From the NCBI RefSeq assembly GCF_002087085.1, contig NZ_MWQY01000009.1, positions 62,001-126,000 on the forward strand: DNA of 64,000 bases, in the 5' to 3' direction. The translations under genes were made by a program, and so were the position numbers. How positions within the stretch are numbered: the stretch's first letter is position 1; the number at the start of each line of letters is the position of its first letter. The notes beneath the pieces are model-generated. The model was not told the origin of the DNA and made no database searches. It saw nothing but the letters and a program-made list of their open reading frames with translations. This document shows positions 30,765 through 40,946 of this stretch, piece after piece.

Positions 30765-32108
30765 TCAGTTCGGCCAGGAGGCGTCGATGGCCTTCAAAGC
30801 CTCATCCAAGGGTTTTGATCCGGATACATAGGCGGTCATCTCTTTCCAGAAAGTACCGGCACCTACAGCCCCTGGCATTAAATCCGAGCCGTCGAAACGG
30901 ACACTGGTGGCGTTCTGAATGACCTCCGCAACCTTGCGGTCAACTACGTTGCTGTACCAGCTGAGGTCGGAATCCTTGTGGGGAGAGATCGCTCCACCGG
31001 CCCGGACCCAGCCCTCAACGGAAGCACCGGTGGCAAAGTACTGCATTACCATGCGTACCTCCGGCCGGTCGTCGAACATTGCATAGATATCTCCTGCAAC
31101 CAGAACAGGCCGACCGTACTGGGGGTCCACACTGGGCAGATAGAAGAAGTCGTAGTCTTCACCGGCTGTCAGGTTTTCGGGAAAGAAGGAGGTAATAAAG
31201 TTGCCCTGCTTGTGAAGCCAGGCTTTGGGCGGATCTTCGAACATGACCTTGGGGGCATCCCCAAAACTGGTTGTGGCTATGCTCTTGCGGCCGCCGTAGA
31301 CCATACCGTCGGCGAACCAGATATCCGCCATGGTCTCGATTGCCTTGCGGACCTCGGGGGAGTTGAATTTCAATTCGCCGGCAACCCACCTGTCATAGTT
31401 CTCCAGGCTTGTGGTGCGCAGCATCATCTCTTCCACCCAGTCGGTGGCCGGCCAGCCGGTTGCGGCACCGGACTCGATGCCCACGGCCCATGGGCTGTCG
31501 CCGTCTGACAGAATGGTGTTCTGCAGTTCAACCAGCTCCTCCCAGGTTTCAGGAACCTGGTAACCGGCTTCGTCGAAGGCCTTTTTGTTGTACCATACCA
31601 GGGATTTACCGTTAACACGGCCCCAGACACCCGCCATAATGGGTCCATCCGGGGATTCCATGGTGGCCATATCGAGCCAGCTCTGAATGTAGTTCGACCG
31701 GACCTTGTCCATATCCAGTACCTTGTTCAAGTCAATGACATAACCTTTGCCCGCAAAGGTCTCGAGCAGACCGGGCTGGGGAAAATCAACGATATCCGGA
31801 GGATTCCCACCTTCAACACTGATGGAGATGGAAGCCTCGAACTCCTTGCTTCCCTCATACTGAATATCGATTCCGGTTTCTTCTTCGAAGGATTTTATGG
31901 ATTCCTCGAATTTGATGGCATCGTTATCCGTAAAAGGTCCTGCCATGGTAACGACCTTTCCCCTGACCTCTGCATAGGGATCATCGGCAGCAGTCTGTTC
32001 CGGCTCTGCCGGGGCCGAGGCTGCCTCTTCGCTCTTGCTGCATGATGTGAAGGCCATGAGGAGACCTGCAATCATGATGAGAAACATGATTTTTTTCATG
32101 TTTATCAC
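30765..32108 (-). CDS. Alpha-glucoside ABC substrate-binding lipoprotein (AglE-like)
   Basis: Lipobox FTSC; KSLVWY, ESGAATGWPATDWVE, RFDGSDLMPGAVGAGTFW. Confidence 0.85.
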   Translation of the reverse strand: MINMKKIMFLIMIAGLLMAFTSCSKSEEAASAPAEPEQTAADDPYAEVRGKVVTMAGPFTDNDAIKFEESIKSFEEETGIDIQYEGSKEFEASISISVEGGNPPDIVDFPQPGLLETFAGKGYVIDLNKVLDMDKVRSNYIQSWLDMATMESPDGPIMAGVWGRVNGKSLVWYNKKAFDEAGYQVPETWEELVELQNTILSDGDSPWAVGIESGAATGWPATDWVEEMMLRTTSLENYDRWVAGELKFNSPEVRKAIETMADIWFADGMVYGGRKSIATTSFGDAPKVMFEDPPKAWLHKQGNFITSFFPENLTAGEDYDFFYLPSVDPQYGRPVLVAGDIYAMFDDRPEVRMVMQYFATGASVEGWVRAGGAISPHKDSDLSWYSNVVDRKVAEVIQNATSVRFDGSDLMPGAVGAGTFWKEMTAYVSGSKPLDEALKAIDASWPN

Positions 32109-32157
32109 TCCTTTTGCTTTTTTTTAATCCCTCCAACGGAGGGTTTTCCACCACATA

Positions 32158-33195
32158 CTAATTCCTCCGGTTTACACCGCAGGATTCCCTTATTACCAGT
32201 TCCGGCTTGATCATCTCCTGAAGCGGATGCTCACCGTTACCATCCACAAGACGCACAAGACGTTCGCAGGCATCACTTACCAGCCGTTCCCGGGGCTGGT
32301 GTACCGTTGTAAGGGAGGGCCTGAAAATCCGTCCGAATTCGATATCGTCATATCCCACAACAGCAACGTCATCAGGTACGGTCAGGCCCATATCCAGCAG
32401 AGCAGCGATCGCCCCCAGAGCCATGATGTCCGCTTCTGCGAATATGCCGTCGATATCGCTCAGAATACCCCGGTGATCCATGATGGTCTGGTAGCCGAAC
32501 TCATAGGTGCAGGAACCGTACAGGATGTTCCGGTTCATAACGGGAATATCATATTCGGCTAGGGCTTTTTTATAACCGGACATCCGCTCGATAAACTGGA
32601 GCTCCGATGAATCTTCGTTGATGCAGAGGATGTTCCTCCGTCCATCCCGTATAAGATGTTCGGTGGCCAGATACCCTCCGTATTCATGGTCCACAAAGAT
32701 ATAATTCATATCGTTATAGCTTACGTTCTGGGGTTTGAAATGAAGAACGACGTTCGGAACCCGCCGAAGATTGATAAACTGCCAGTCCTCGCTGCTGATA
32801 TTCGGATGGATGAGCAGAAGTCCGTCGACCTTGCGCCGGTTAACCAGCTTCTGGATATTACTCTCTCCGGTGTAGCTGTTTCTGGCGAAGGTGATGATCG
32901 TATCCATGGACGCCTTCTCCAGACTCTGTCGGACAGACCGCATGAGAAGCTCCATGTAATAAAAAGAGCCGAAACGCTCGAAAATCTCCGGACAGATAAC
33001 ACCGATGGTGCCTGTTCGATTGGTGGAAAGACTGCGGGCGTTGGCGTTGAACTCGAAATTAAGATCCCGGGCAATGCGCTTGATCAGCCGTTTGGTCTTT
33101 TCCGATACATTCGGGCTGTCATTCAGACAGCGGGATACCGTCGAGTGACTGACCCCTGCGATTCTTGCAATGTCCTTTATTGTTACCTTTTTCAT
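32158..33195 (-). CDS. LacI-family repressor
   Basis: TIKDIARIAGVSHSTVSR, VVGYDD, PSLTTVHQP, IRESC. Confidence 0.95.
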   Translation of the reverse strand: MKKVTIKDIARIAGVSHSTVSRCLNDSPNVSEKTKRLIKRIARDLNFEFNANARSLSTNRTGTIGVICPEIFERFGSFYYMELLMRSVRQSLEKASMDTIITFARNSYTGESNIQKLVNRRKVDGLLLIHPNISSEDWQFINLRRVPNVVLHFKPQNVSYNDMNYIFVDHEYGGYLATEHLIRDGRRNILCINEDSSELQFIERMSGYKKALAEYDIPVMNRNILYGSCTYEFGYQTIMDHRGILSDIDGIFAEADIMALGAIAALLDMGLTVPDDVAVVGYDDIEFGRIFRPSLTTVHQPRERLVSDACERLVRLVDGNGEHPLQEMIKPELVIRESCGVNRRN

Positions 33196-33212
33196 CAATA
33201 TTTGCACAGGTT

Positions 33213-33228
33213 ATGCACACGTCTGCAT
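33213..33228. promoter_or_regulatory. LacI-type operator 1
   Basis: ATGCACACGTCTGCAT near-palindrome just downstream of minus-strand TTGACA-17-TACAGT (33239-33267). Confidence 0.6.
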
Positions 33229-33378
33229 ACCTGTAATCACTGTAACGCCGCCGGAGCCGGTTGTCAAGAAATTTATCAGTACATAAATCTTTACTATTAT
33301 GAGAGTTAAGAAATATTTCCGATATTCTTCAGCTGATTATTCATTCAGGACTTCCAGGGATGAAACAGGCGCAAACTT

Positions 33379-33392
33379 TGCACACGTGTGTA
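33379..33392. promoter_or_regulatory. LacI-type operator 2
   Basis: TGCACACGTGTGTA, same motif, upstream of pgmB. Confidence 0.6.
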
Positions 33393-33428
33393 TTATTGTA
33401 TATATTTATTGCATACAAGGAGGAGAGC

Positions 33429-34079
33429 ATGATCAGCGCTGTAATATTCGACCTGGACGGTGTCATAGTTTCCACTGACGAGTATCACTTTCAGGCATGG
33501 AAAGAACTGGCAAAGGAGCTGGGTATAGACTTTTCACGGGAAGACAACAGCCGGCAGCGGGGGGTCAGCCGCATGGAGAGTCTGGAGGTTCTTCTGGAAA
33601 AAACTGAACAAACTTTCAGCAATGACGAAAAGCTCGCCATGGCCGAGAAAAAAAACAGCATATACCGTGATCTTCTGGACCGGCTTTCTCCTGACCAGAT
33701 ACTTCCCGGGGCACTGAACTTTGCTGAAGAGTCACGCAAACTGGGTTTGAAAATCGCTGTCGGCTCCTCCAGCAGAAATACCCCGTTTATTTTAAAAAAG
33801 ATCGGTCTGTCCGACTATTTCGATGCCGTGGCTGACGGAAACGATATTCAGCGCTCCAAACCTGACCCACAGGTTTTTCTGATCGCCGCAGAACGTCTTG
33901 CGGTACGCCCTGCGGAGTGTCTTGTAGTCGAGGATGCCGACGCGGGAGTGGAAGCCGCAAAGGCCGGCGGAATGTTTGCTCTGGCCCTGGGCGCCGCAAA
34001 GGGCCATCCGGGAGCTGACCTGAGAGCCGATTCCCTGGAAAGACTCAGTATAGAGAAGCTGCTTCGGGAGCTGGGCTGA
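33429..34079 (+). CDS. pgmB: Beta-phosphoglucomutase (HAD family)
   Basis: FDLDGV, H..AW, GVSRMESL, SKPDP, VEDA..G; AGGAG RBS. Confidence 0.9.
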   Translation: MISAVIFDLDGVIVSTDEYHFQAWKELAKELGIDFSREDNSRQRGVSRMESLEVLLEKTEQTFSNDEKLAMAEKKNSIYRDLLDRLSPDQILPGALNFAEESRKLGLKIAVGSSSRNTPFILKKIGLSDYFDAVADGNDIQRSKPDPQVFLIAAERLAVRPAECLVVEDADAGVEAAKAGGMFALALGAAKGHPGADLRADSLERLSIEKLLRELG

Positions 34080-34131
34080 TACCTTTTACTCACCTTGCTC
34101 CCGGGATTGCCGTAATGCTATAGTTGAACAT

Positions 34132-36516
34132 ATGCTTGATCGAACTTCTGCCCTTATCCAGTGGGGGCGTTACTATACCGGAAGCGGAATCGAAACCGGG
34201 ATGTCCTTTACAGCTGCTGCTGATGAATACAGGCAACGCATTGAATCCGGTACAGCAGATACGGAAACGATGAATCGCGCTGCGGAGTTTCTCTTTTTCA
34301 GCGGTCGCGTCAATCTTCTGCGGGAGCTTGAACCCCTTATGACCGGGAATGATTCACCGGCAGGACCCGACGTCTTTGCCCTCTGCGCCTACGCCTGGGG
34401 GGGAACAGATATTTCCCGGGCGGCGGAACTCATTACCAAGGCAACAGGTCTCTACCCCGATGACCCCGAACTCAGCAACGATTTTCTACGCTTCAAACTG
34501 ATTCAGGGAACATTGGCTCTGCCGGATATCGATGAAGAATCGGAACTGCCCGCCGGTGTTGAGAGTTTTGCCGGACTCCGATCCAGCATCTACCTTCTTT
34601 TTTACCTGGCAGATAACAATCTTCTGGAATCCCTTCCTCCGGAAATCGAAGCTGCGGTGGAAGCCCTTGAAAGCCTTGCTTCAAGCAGGACCGAACGAAG
34701 GGAAGCACTCCTTGTTAAGGTCGATTATGCCGGTATGCAGGAAAACGAGGAAGCGGAAACCCTGGCCATGGATGAAGCCCTGAGGGAGTTCCCGGAAGAC
34801 TTTGAGGTCGTAAGTGCCGCAGTGCGGCTGGGAACACGCAGGCTCTCGCTGCATCGGGGGGGAGACCAGGACAGGATTCTTGAATACGCCGACAGATTGT
34901 GCAGCTTGCGCCCCTGGCACCCTGAAGGCCACTCCCTGTATGGCACCCTGATGCTGCTCATGTCGTCTGAAGAAATTTCCTCATCACGGAAGCTCTCCCC
35001 TTCCGAGCTGCTTCAGAGGGGGATAGAAGCCTTCGAGCAGAGTCTTGCCATCGAAGTGCAGGATCAGCGCAGCTGGGAAGAACTCTTTTTGTCCCTCACC
35101 TCATTATACAAACTCATGGAATCCCCGGCAGAAATTGAAGATATTCAGAAAAGAACCCGGGACCACCTGGAACTTCTGCCGGAGGATTTCCGCTCCCAGG
35201 CCGATTTTCTGGCAGAGATAGGAAGAAGCCTCTTTGAAAGCGGCATGGAAGAGGAAGGAGATTCTGTTGTTCGCCGGGCAGTGGAACTGGCACCCTTTGA
35301 TCCGGGAGTAATGCATGCTTCCGGTACAGTGGCCTTTCTCAGGGGGCTGCGCAGCGACAACTCCCATGAACGTCAGGAACTCCTCTATGCTGCGGCTCAT
35401 GCCTTCCGAAGGTCCTGGAAAACAGAGGAGGATCCCTTCGAAAAAAGCCGTTACCTGATAACCCTGGGGAGTGTGTATAACGAACTGGGAGAAACGGAAG
35501 AGGAGCTGGAAGTCCTCACCGAAGGACTCAGGGAGGAACTTCCGGAGGATGAAATATACCTGCGGATCTCCGAGCTGCTGCACCAGAAAGGAGATATACA
35601 CGGAGCCGTAAAAGCCCTCGAGGAGGGATTCAGGCTGCTGCCGTCTTCTGCAGATCTGGGTATAGAAACAGCCAGGTGCTATTCCAGGGACGGCCGTTTT
35701 ACCGAGGCCCTTGAGATAATGGACGACCTTCTTAAACGTTATCCCAATACTCCATGGATCTGGAACCAGGCAGGGATAATTCAGATAGAAAAGGGAAACA
35801 GCGTCTTCCCCAATTCCGAAGAACAGCAGACAGCATACGAGACCGCCGTCAGGGCCTATGACCAGGCCAGGAGAATGTCCCCCGAGGAGTATACATACCT
35901 GGGCAATTACGGTGATGCCCTCCGTCTGTGCGGAAAGCTGGCTGCTTCACAGAAAATCCTGAAAAAAGCCGTTGAACTCAATAAATCTGATGCCTTCAGC
36001 CTGAACTCCCTGGGACTTGTCTACAGCGAGAAGGCCAGGCAGGAGAAATCGAAGGAAAAACAGGAGGAACTGATCCTGGAGGCGGAGCGCTTTTTTTACA
36101 GAGCGGCGGAATCCGATCCGGAGAACCAGATATTCCTGATTAACCTGGCGGACCTCTATTTTGACCTGGGCTTCTTCGAAGACACAATCGATATATACCA
36201 GAGGATAATAGAGACCGATGAGGCCCCCTGGCAGTATTACGATATAATCGGGCTGTGTTATTACAATACAGGGCACCTGGATGAGGCTATCCACTGGTTC
36301 AGCCTGGCCATGGAAAAGGAACCCCAGGCACCGGAGGTGGTCAACTCCCTGGGTCTCTGCTATTTCGGAACAGGAAAAATCGACGAAGCCATCGAATACT
36401 TCAAGCAGGCCTCCCTGCTGGACCCGGAAAACCCGGTATACCTGGACAACATCGTTATGGCCCAGTACAACCAGATCGGATACTCCGCGGACCCCGGTGA
36501 TTACCCCAGAATGTAA
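34132..36516 (+). CDS. Tetratricopeptide repeat protein
   Basis: Many TPR-like units (e.g. NSLGLCYFGTGKIDEAIEYFKQASLLDP). Confidence 0.85.
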   Translation: MLDRTSALIQWGRYYTGSGIETGMSFTAAADEYRQRIESGTADTETMNRAAEFLFFSGRVNLLRELEPLMTGNDSPAGPDVFALCAYAWGGTDISRAAELITKATGLYPDDPELSNDFLRFKLIQGTLALPDIDEESELPAGVESFAGLRSSIYLLFYLADNNLLESLPPEIEAAVEALESLASSRTERREALLVKVDYAGMQENEEAETLAMDEALREFPEDFEVVSAAVRLGTRRLSLHRGGDQDRILEYADRLCSLRPWHPEGHSLYGTLMLLMSSEEISSSRKLSPSELLQRGIEAFEQSLAIEVQDQRSWEELFLSLTSLYKLMESPAEIEDIQKRTRDHLELLPEDFRSQADFLAEIGRSLFESGMEEEGDSVVRRAVELAPFDPGVMHASGTVAFLRGLRSDNSHERQELLYAAAHAFRRSWKTEEDPFEKSRYLITLGSVYNELGETEEELEVLTEGLREELPEDEIYLRISELLHQKGDIHGAVKALEEGFRLLPSSADLGIETARCYSRDGRFTEALEIMDDLLKRYPNTPWIWNQAGIIQIEKGNSVFPNSEEQQTAYETAVRAYDQARRMSPEEYTYLGNYGDALRLCGKLAASQKILKKAVELNKSDAFSLNSLGLVYSEKARQEKSKEKQEELILEAERFFYRAAESDPENQIFLINLADLYFDLGFFEDTIDIYQRIIETDEAPWQYYDIIGLCYYNTGHLDEAIHWFSLAMEKEPQAPEVVNSLGLCYFGTGKIDEAIEYFKQASLLDPENPVYLDNIVMAQYNQIGYSADPGDYPRM

Positions 36517-36568
36517 GTCCGATTCGATTGACAAAATACCCCCGCTTATGCTTTTATATACGCCTGTC

Positions 36569-36642
36569 GGGCCTATAGCTCAGTTGGTTAGAGCAACGGA
36601 CTCATAATCCGTGGGTCGTAGGTTCAAGTCCTACTGGGCCCA
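36569..36642 (+). tRNA. tRNA with CAT anticodon, probably tRNA-Ile2 (lysidine)
   Basis: GGGCCTA acceptor stem, ACGGA-CTCATAA-TCCGT anticodon arm, TTCAAGT T-loop; CCA not encoded; TTGACA upstream at 36528. Confidence 0.92.
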
Positions 36643-36644
36643 GA

Positions 36645-36680
36645 AAAGAGGTTGCCTCCTCAGGAGGCGGCCTCTTTTTC
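36645..36680 (+). terminator. Rho-independent terminator
   Basis: AAAGAGGTTGCCTCC-TCA-GGAGGCGGCCTCTTT followed by T-rich run. Confidence 0.8.
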
Positions 36681-36871
36681 TTTATACGGGACATGGTACA
36701 ACCGGTCATGGTTTTGTCCTGAATCTACTTAGCTGAAGGTAACGTGCGCCCGGCCGGAATCCCGCGGAAGGTTGTCGTATTTTACTTCGGCGTCATTCGA
36801 AAAAATGAGCTGTATGCCGGTAAGAAAACATCCGGCACCACAGCTCCCTTCGCAAAACTTCTCAGGAAATC

Positions 36872-37738
36872 TTATTTCAGCCTGCCTCCGTAAACGGGAA
36901 ACATGCTGGCCTCTCCATAGTCCTTGATCTGCTCCATGTTTTTTAAGGTTTCCATGTCTTCTTTGGATATGGAAAAATCAACCTCAGCATTGTTCTTCAT
37001 GTGGGCCGGATTCGCTGTTTTTGGCAGCGGCAGAAGTCCAAGCTCGAGGCAGTAGCGGAGACCAAGCTGGGGTATGGAAACACTGTATTTTTCGGCAATA
37101 TCACGTACTGCCTGATTTTTCATCAGCTCTCCATGGGCGACCGGGGAATAGGCTTCTACAAGAATGTCGTTTTCCTGACAATAGTCGATCAGCTCTTTTG
37201 GAGTGTTGGTAATATGTGCCAGTATCTGGTTGACCATCGGTTTTACCGTGCAGGATTCAAGAATATTCTCCAGATCTTCCTTCTGAAAATTGGAGACTCC
37301 GATGGCGCGCAGCTTGCCTGCTTTATAGGCTTCTTCAAGGGCTCTCCATGCTTCACGATTCCCTTGTGCATAGGGATCGTCCTCGTGGAATTCCATCCAA
37401 GGTCGAGGGCTATGGATAATCATCATATCAATGTAATCCAGCCCCATCGTTTTACGAGAATTATCAATGGATGCCACAGCCTCTTCATATGACTTGACTT
37501 CAGCAGCGAGCTTGGTTGTCACAAACAGATCTTCCCTTTGTACGCCGCAGGCCCTGACACCTTCACCTACACCCCGTTCATTCTGATACGCCTGGGCGGT
37601 ATCAATATGCCGATACCCCATCTCCGCAGCATCTTTTACGGCCTGTACAACATCGTCATCGCTGATAAACCATGTACCCAAACCCAGCTTGGGAATCTCT
37701 ACACCATTCGACAGGGTAAAATTTTCCTTTAAAATCAT
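36872..37738 (-). CDS. Aldo/keto reductase
   Basis: GLGTW, YRHIDTA..Y.NE, VTTKL, IGVSNF, LPKT. Confidence 0.92.
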   Translation of the reverse strand: MILKENFTLSNGVEIPKLGLGTWFISDDDVVQAVKDAAEMGYRHIDTAQAYQNERGVGEGVRACGVQREDLFVTTKLAAEVKSYEEAVASIDNSRKTMGLDYIDMMIIHSPRPWMEFHEDDPYAQGNREAWRALEEAYKAGKLRAIGVSNFQKEDLENILESCTVKPMVNQILAHITNTPKELIDYCQENDILVEAYSPVAHGELMKNQAVRDIAEKYSVSIPQLGLRYCLELGLLPLPKTANPAHMKNNAEVDFSISKEDMETLKNMEQIKDYGEASMFPVYGGRLK

Positions 37739-37803
37739 ACTATAATCTCCTCTTGTCTTTTGTTTTCTTGTCAGCCGTTGCTGACGCGTTAGTGTTCATT
37801 CTT

Positions 37804-38247
37804 TTATTGTTCTCCCAGTTTGCCGTAGTACTCGTCTGAAACAGGTTCAAGCCACTCGTTACCGGTCTCGTCACCGGGAATCTCTAGCGAGATATGACTG
37901 AACCAGCTGTCGGACTTCGCTCCGTGCCAGTGTTTTACTCCCGTCGGGATATACACAAAGGAACCTTCAGCAAGACTGACGGGGTCTTTCCCCTCTTCCT
38001 GATACCAGCCCTCTCCCGCCGTACAGATCAGCATCTGCCCGCCGCCGCTTTTAGCATGATGAATGTGCCAGTTATTCCGGCATCCCGGTTCAAATGTAAC
38101 GTTAGCCAGAAACAGGGGAGTCTCTCCCGGTTTTACCAGGAAATTGAGAAATGAATCCCCAATAAAATATTGGGCGAACATCTCATTCGGCATGCCTGTT
38201 CCGAACATATTTGCTTTTTCGAATTCGTTCTTATTCGAGTATTTCAT
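37804..38247 (-). CDS. Cupin domain protein
   Basis: VTFEPGCRNNWHIH, GQ.L, KHWHGA; start at MKYSN. Confidence 0.88.
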   Translation of the reverse strand: MKYSNKNEFEKANMFGTGMPNEMFAQYFIGDSFLNFLVKPGETPLFLANVTFEPGCRNNWHIHHAKSGGGQMLICTAGEGWYQEEGKDPVSLAEGSFVYIPTGVKHWHGAKSDSWFSHISLEIPGDETGNEWLEPVSDEYYGKLGEQ

Positions 38248-38304
38248 CGTTCTATTCAGCTCCTCGCATAGTCTTCGCGTATAAAATACCGATTTACCCG
38301 GCAA

Positions 38305-38345
38305 CAAAGAATGTCTATTTCTCCATAATAGCTGCCTATTCCTGC
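38305..38345 (-). promoter_or_regulatory. Putative AraC-family binding site, copy 1
   Basis: CAAAGAATGTCTATT-N13-TGCCTATTCCTGC; identical arms at 39461. Confidence 0.65.
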
Positions 38346-38630
38346 ATTGTTTTGAGTTTTTGTGCTTATTTATTCGAATATTCTTGCATAATTAATGTAT
38401 GATAGATATCTAAACAGATCACAATTAAGGAACCTTTTTTTACGTCAATCTTACAGAGACTGTTTGCCGACTTCGATCTTTTTGCGATAGTTCAAGGACA
38501 GAAGCCCGGCCTCCACGATAATCAAGGAATACATGCTCATCCGAAACCAGTTTTCCGCACTCTTCGTCCCCGGAGATGCTATTCCCTCGATATTGCCCGT
38601 GCCCTTCAGTACAGTGACGGGATTGTCCTG

Positions 38631-39389
38631 TCACGCATCATCCGGCAATGCTTCCTTTAAGGAGTTCAAGGCATTCAGGGTTCTCGGGAAACCGACATAC
38701 GGCAGGCACTGGGTAATGGCGGAGATAAGCGTATCCTTACTGTTGCCGACACTGGTATTCCCGTATATATGGGACTTCACCTGACTTTCGCATCCCCCTA
38801 GAGAAATAAGAATACACAGCGTTAGCAGCTCCCGTGTCTGTACATCCAGCCCGCTTCGCGTATAGATGTCTCCGAAGCAGCAGGCAGACAGATAATTCTG
38901 TATGTGTTTCAGGTTATCCGGGGCATTCCTGTGCATCTGATCGATGACATCCCCGAAGATGGATTTCTGGACCTTCAGTCCCTCATCAAAACGGGTTTCC
39001 TCTGTTACCCGCTTCTGGCTTTCAACAGGGAGAGTAATACCGGCCTGCTCGAAAACCGCGTTCGCACGGTTCAGGACGTTGAGAGTTTTGGGGAATCCGA
39101 TGTAGGGAGCGCATTGATACATGGCTTCTTTTATCTCCACCGGTGAGACTCCAGCGTTAAGCGCGGCGAAAACATGGGCCGAAACCTGGTCCAGTGTCTG
39201 GCTCGCGGTTAAAACAACCAGGATGATCAGTTCTCTCGTCGCATCTTTCAGGTCTCCCTGATAATACACTTCACCGAATATAAAGCAGTTCAGCATTTCC
39301 TGGAAGTCCGGATCAGACGCTGCGGCGGAAGCTGTCACGTTCCCAAACAACTCTTTATATTTCTTCTGACTCCGTTCAATTCTGTTCAT
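38631..39389 (-). CDS. Carboxymuconolactone decarboxylase family protein (two CMD domains)
   Basis: RELI...H...ALNAG...E...Q.APY.GFP, repeated twice. Confidence 0.9.
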   Translation of the reverse strand: MNRIERSQKKYKELFGNVTASAAASDPDFQEMLNCFIFGEVYYQGDLKDATRELIILVVLTASQTLDQVSAHVFAALNAGVSPVEIKEAMYQCAPYIGFPKTLNVLNRANAVFEQAGITLPVESQKRVTEETRFDEGLKVQKSIFGDVIDQMHRNAPDNLKHIQNYLSACCFGDIYTRSGLDVQTRELLTLCILISLGGCESQVKSHIYGNTSVGNSKDTLISAITQCLPYVGFPRTLNALNSLKEALPDDA

Positions 39390-39460
39390 AAACTCCTCCT
39401 GATTAAGCTTCTTACAGGTTCCCATTGAATACCATGTAAATATAAAGGAATAATCGGCTG

Positions 39461-39501
39461 CAAAGAATGTCTATTCAGCCACATCTCTTGCCTATTCCTG
39501 C
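39461..39501 (-). promoter_or_regulatory. Putative AraC-family binding site, copy 2
   Basis: Same 15+13-bp arms as 38305; lies between the CMD gene and divergent araC. Confidence 0.65.
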
Positions 39502-39580
39502 GTAATTATGTTATATTATGTTCTAATATGCGGTTTTTTATACATAATAACCCTGACAACAAATCACCATCAAGGACGAC

Positions 39581-40465
39581 ATGAATACTACTATTTTAAC
39601 TATGAAAGATATTTTACTGGAAAAACTCCCCGCGGAAGGAATCATTGAAACTGGCATTAAGGGTGTTGGTCTGTTCAGACGGGACAATCCTTATAAAAAG
39701 CGGCCTCAATTGTACAACCCGCAAATTATCCTGTTAGTCCAGGGGAAAAAGAATATCTATCTGGGTGACAAGACCTTTGTGTATGATCCCCAGCACTACT
39801 ATGTTCAAACGGTTCCCCTTCCAGTGGAATGTGAAGCAGTCATCGAAGAAGGCAAACCAATGCTGGGAATGGTTATAATGATTGATCCTCAAACCATCGG
39901 AGAAATTTTATTCGAGATGGACACGGAAATCCCGCCCGCAACCAGGAAGATGCGCAACAGCCTGTACAACGCATCAATGTCCGATGCAATAACAGACGCT
40001 GCATTAAGGCTGTTAAAAACTCTCGACTCAAAGAATGAAACACGAGTATTGGGACCAATTTTTCTCAAGGAAATACTCTTCAAGATAATCTCCGGAGAAA
40101 ACGGTGAAATTCTGAGAGAACTGGCAATTAACAACAGAGGATTTTATCAAATATCCCGGGTAATCAGTAAAATTCATGAAAATTACTCTCGTCCCATTGA
40201 AATTCAGGCCCTTGCCAGGGAGGCGGGAATGAGTTCCACCGCTTTTCACGCCTCCTTCAAAGCCATGACCAGTACATCTCCTCTTCAGTACATCAAGAAT
40301 ATCAGGCTTCATAAAGCGAAAGAAATCATACAGAATGAGGGAGAAAAAGCGAACGCAGCCGCTATGCGTGTCGGTTATGAAAGTTCTTCCCAGTTCAGCA
40401 GAGAATATAAACGTACCTTCGGGACAACGCCGGCAAAGGACAGGCAGACTGGCTCTGTTTATTAG
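39581..40465 (+). CDS. AraC-family regulator (YqhC-like)
   Basis: QGKK N-domain; LAREAGMS...SPLQY.K..RL; VGYESSSQFSREY. Confidence 0.92.
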   Translation: MNTTILTMKDILLEKLPAEGIIETGIKGVGLFRRDNPYKKRPQLYNPQIILLVQGKKNIYLGDKTFVYDPQHYYVQTVPLPVECEAVIEEGKPMLGMVIMIDPQTIGEILFEMDTEIPPATRKMRNSLYNASMSDAITDAALRLLKTLDSKNETRVLGPIFLKEILFKIISGENGEILRELAINNRGFYQISRVISKIHENYSRPIEIQALAREAGMSSTAFHASFKAMTSTSPLQYIKNIRLHKAKEIIQNEGEKANAAAMRVGYESSSQFSREYKRTFGTTPAKDRQTGSVY

Positions 40466-40487
40466 AATACATCATCTGCCAACGGTA

Positions 40488-40946
40488 TTACTTCTTCTCT
40501 ATCCGAACCGTACCTGCCATATCCTTAATATACTGTTCCCCTGATACGGAACGCCCCAAAGCGTAGAGCCCCGCTGCAGAGCCGAAGTCGCCGTAGAACA
40601 TTACTACGTCTCCCCAGGGAGCATAATACGCGAGACTTCCCACAGTATTATTCGACGCCAGGGGTGTGCCGGCAGTATCAAGTTTGTCGGGCGGATAGAA
40701 AATCTTTTCGTTACCACCGAAGTCCTCAACCTTGACGCTCAAAGGCAGCTGGTCATACAGCTCTCTGGATGCCCGGCTGTTGTTCAGTTCAAATACTGTT
40801 GTTTTTCCATTTGCCGTTAGCTCGATTATCATCATGTTTTGTTCCTCTTTCACAAATCCTGTTTCTTCATTCAACGATGGAGTTGCTGCTGCTTTTTCGC
40901 TGACCCAGGTAACGGGAAAAAATATTATGCCTAGGAAAATTAACAA
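40488..40946 (-). CDS. Cyclophilin-like fold protein
   Basis: LPL...DFGGNEKI, LAYYAPWGDVVMFY; start uncertain (40946 or 40835). Confidence 0.8.
   Translation of the reverse strand: MLIFLGIIFFPVTWVSEKAAATPSLNEETGFVKEEQNMMIIELTANGKTTVFELNNSRASRELYDQLPLSVKVEDFGGNEKIFYPPDKLDTAGTPLASNNTVGSLAYYAPWGDVVMFYGDFGSAAGLYALGRSVSGEQYIKDMAGTVRIEKK

Noticed and set aside
38440..38634. 64-aa ORF downstream of the CMD gene
   Set aside because: No RBS or motif; possibly a gene relic but unsupported
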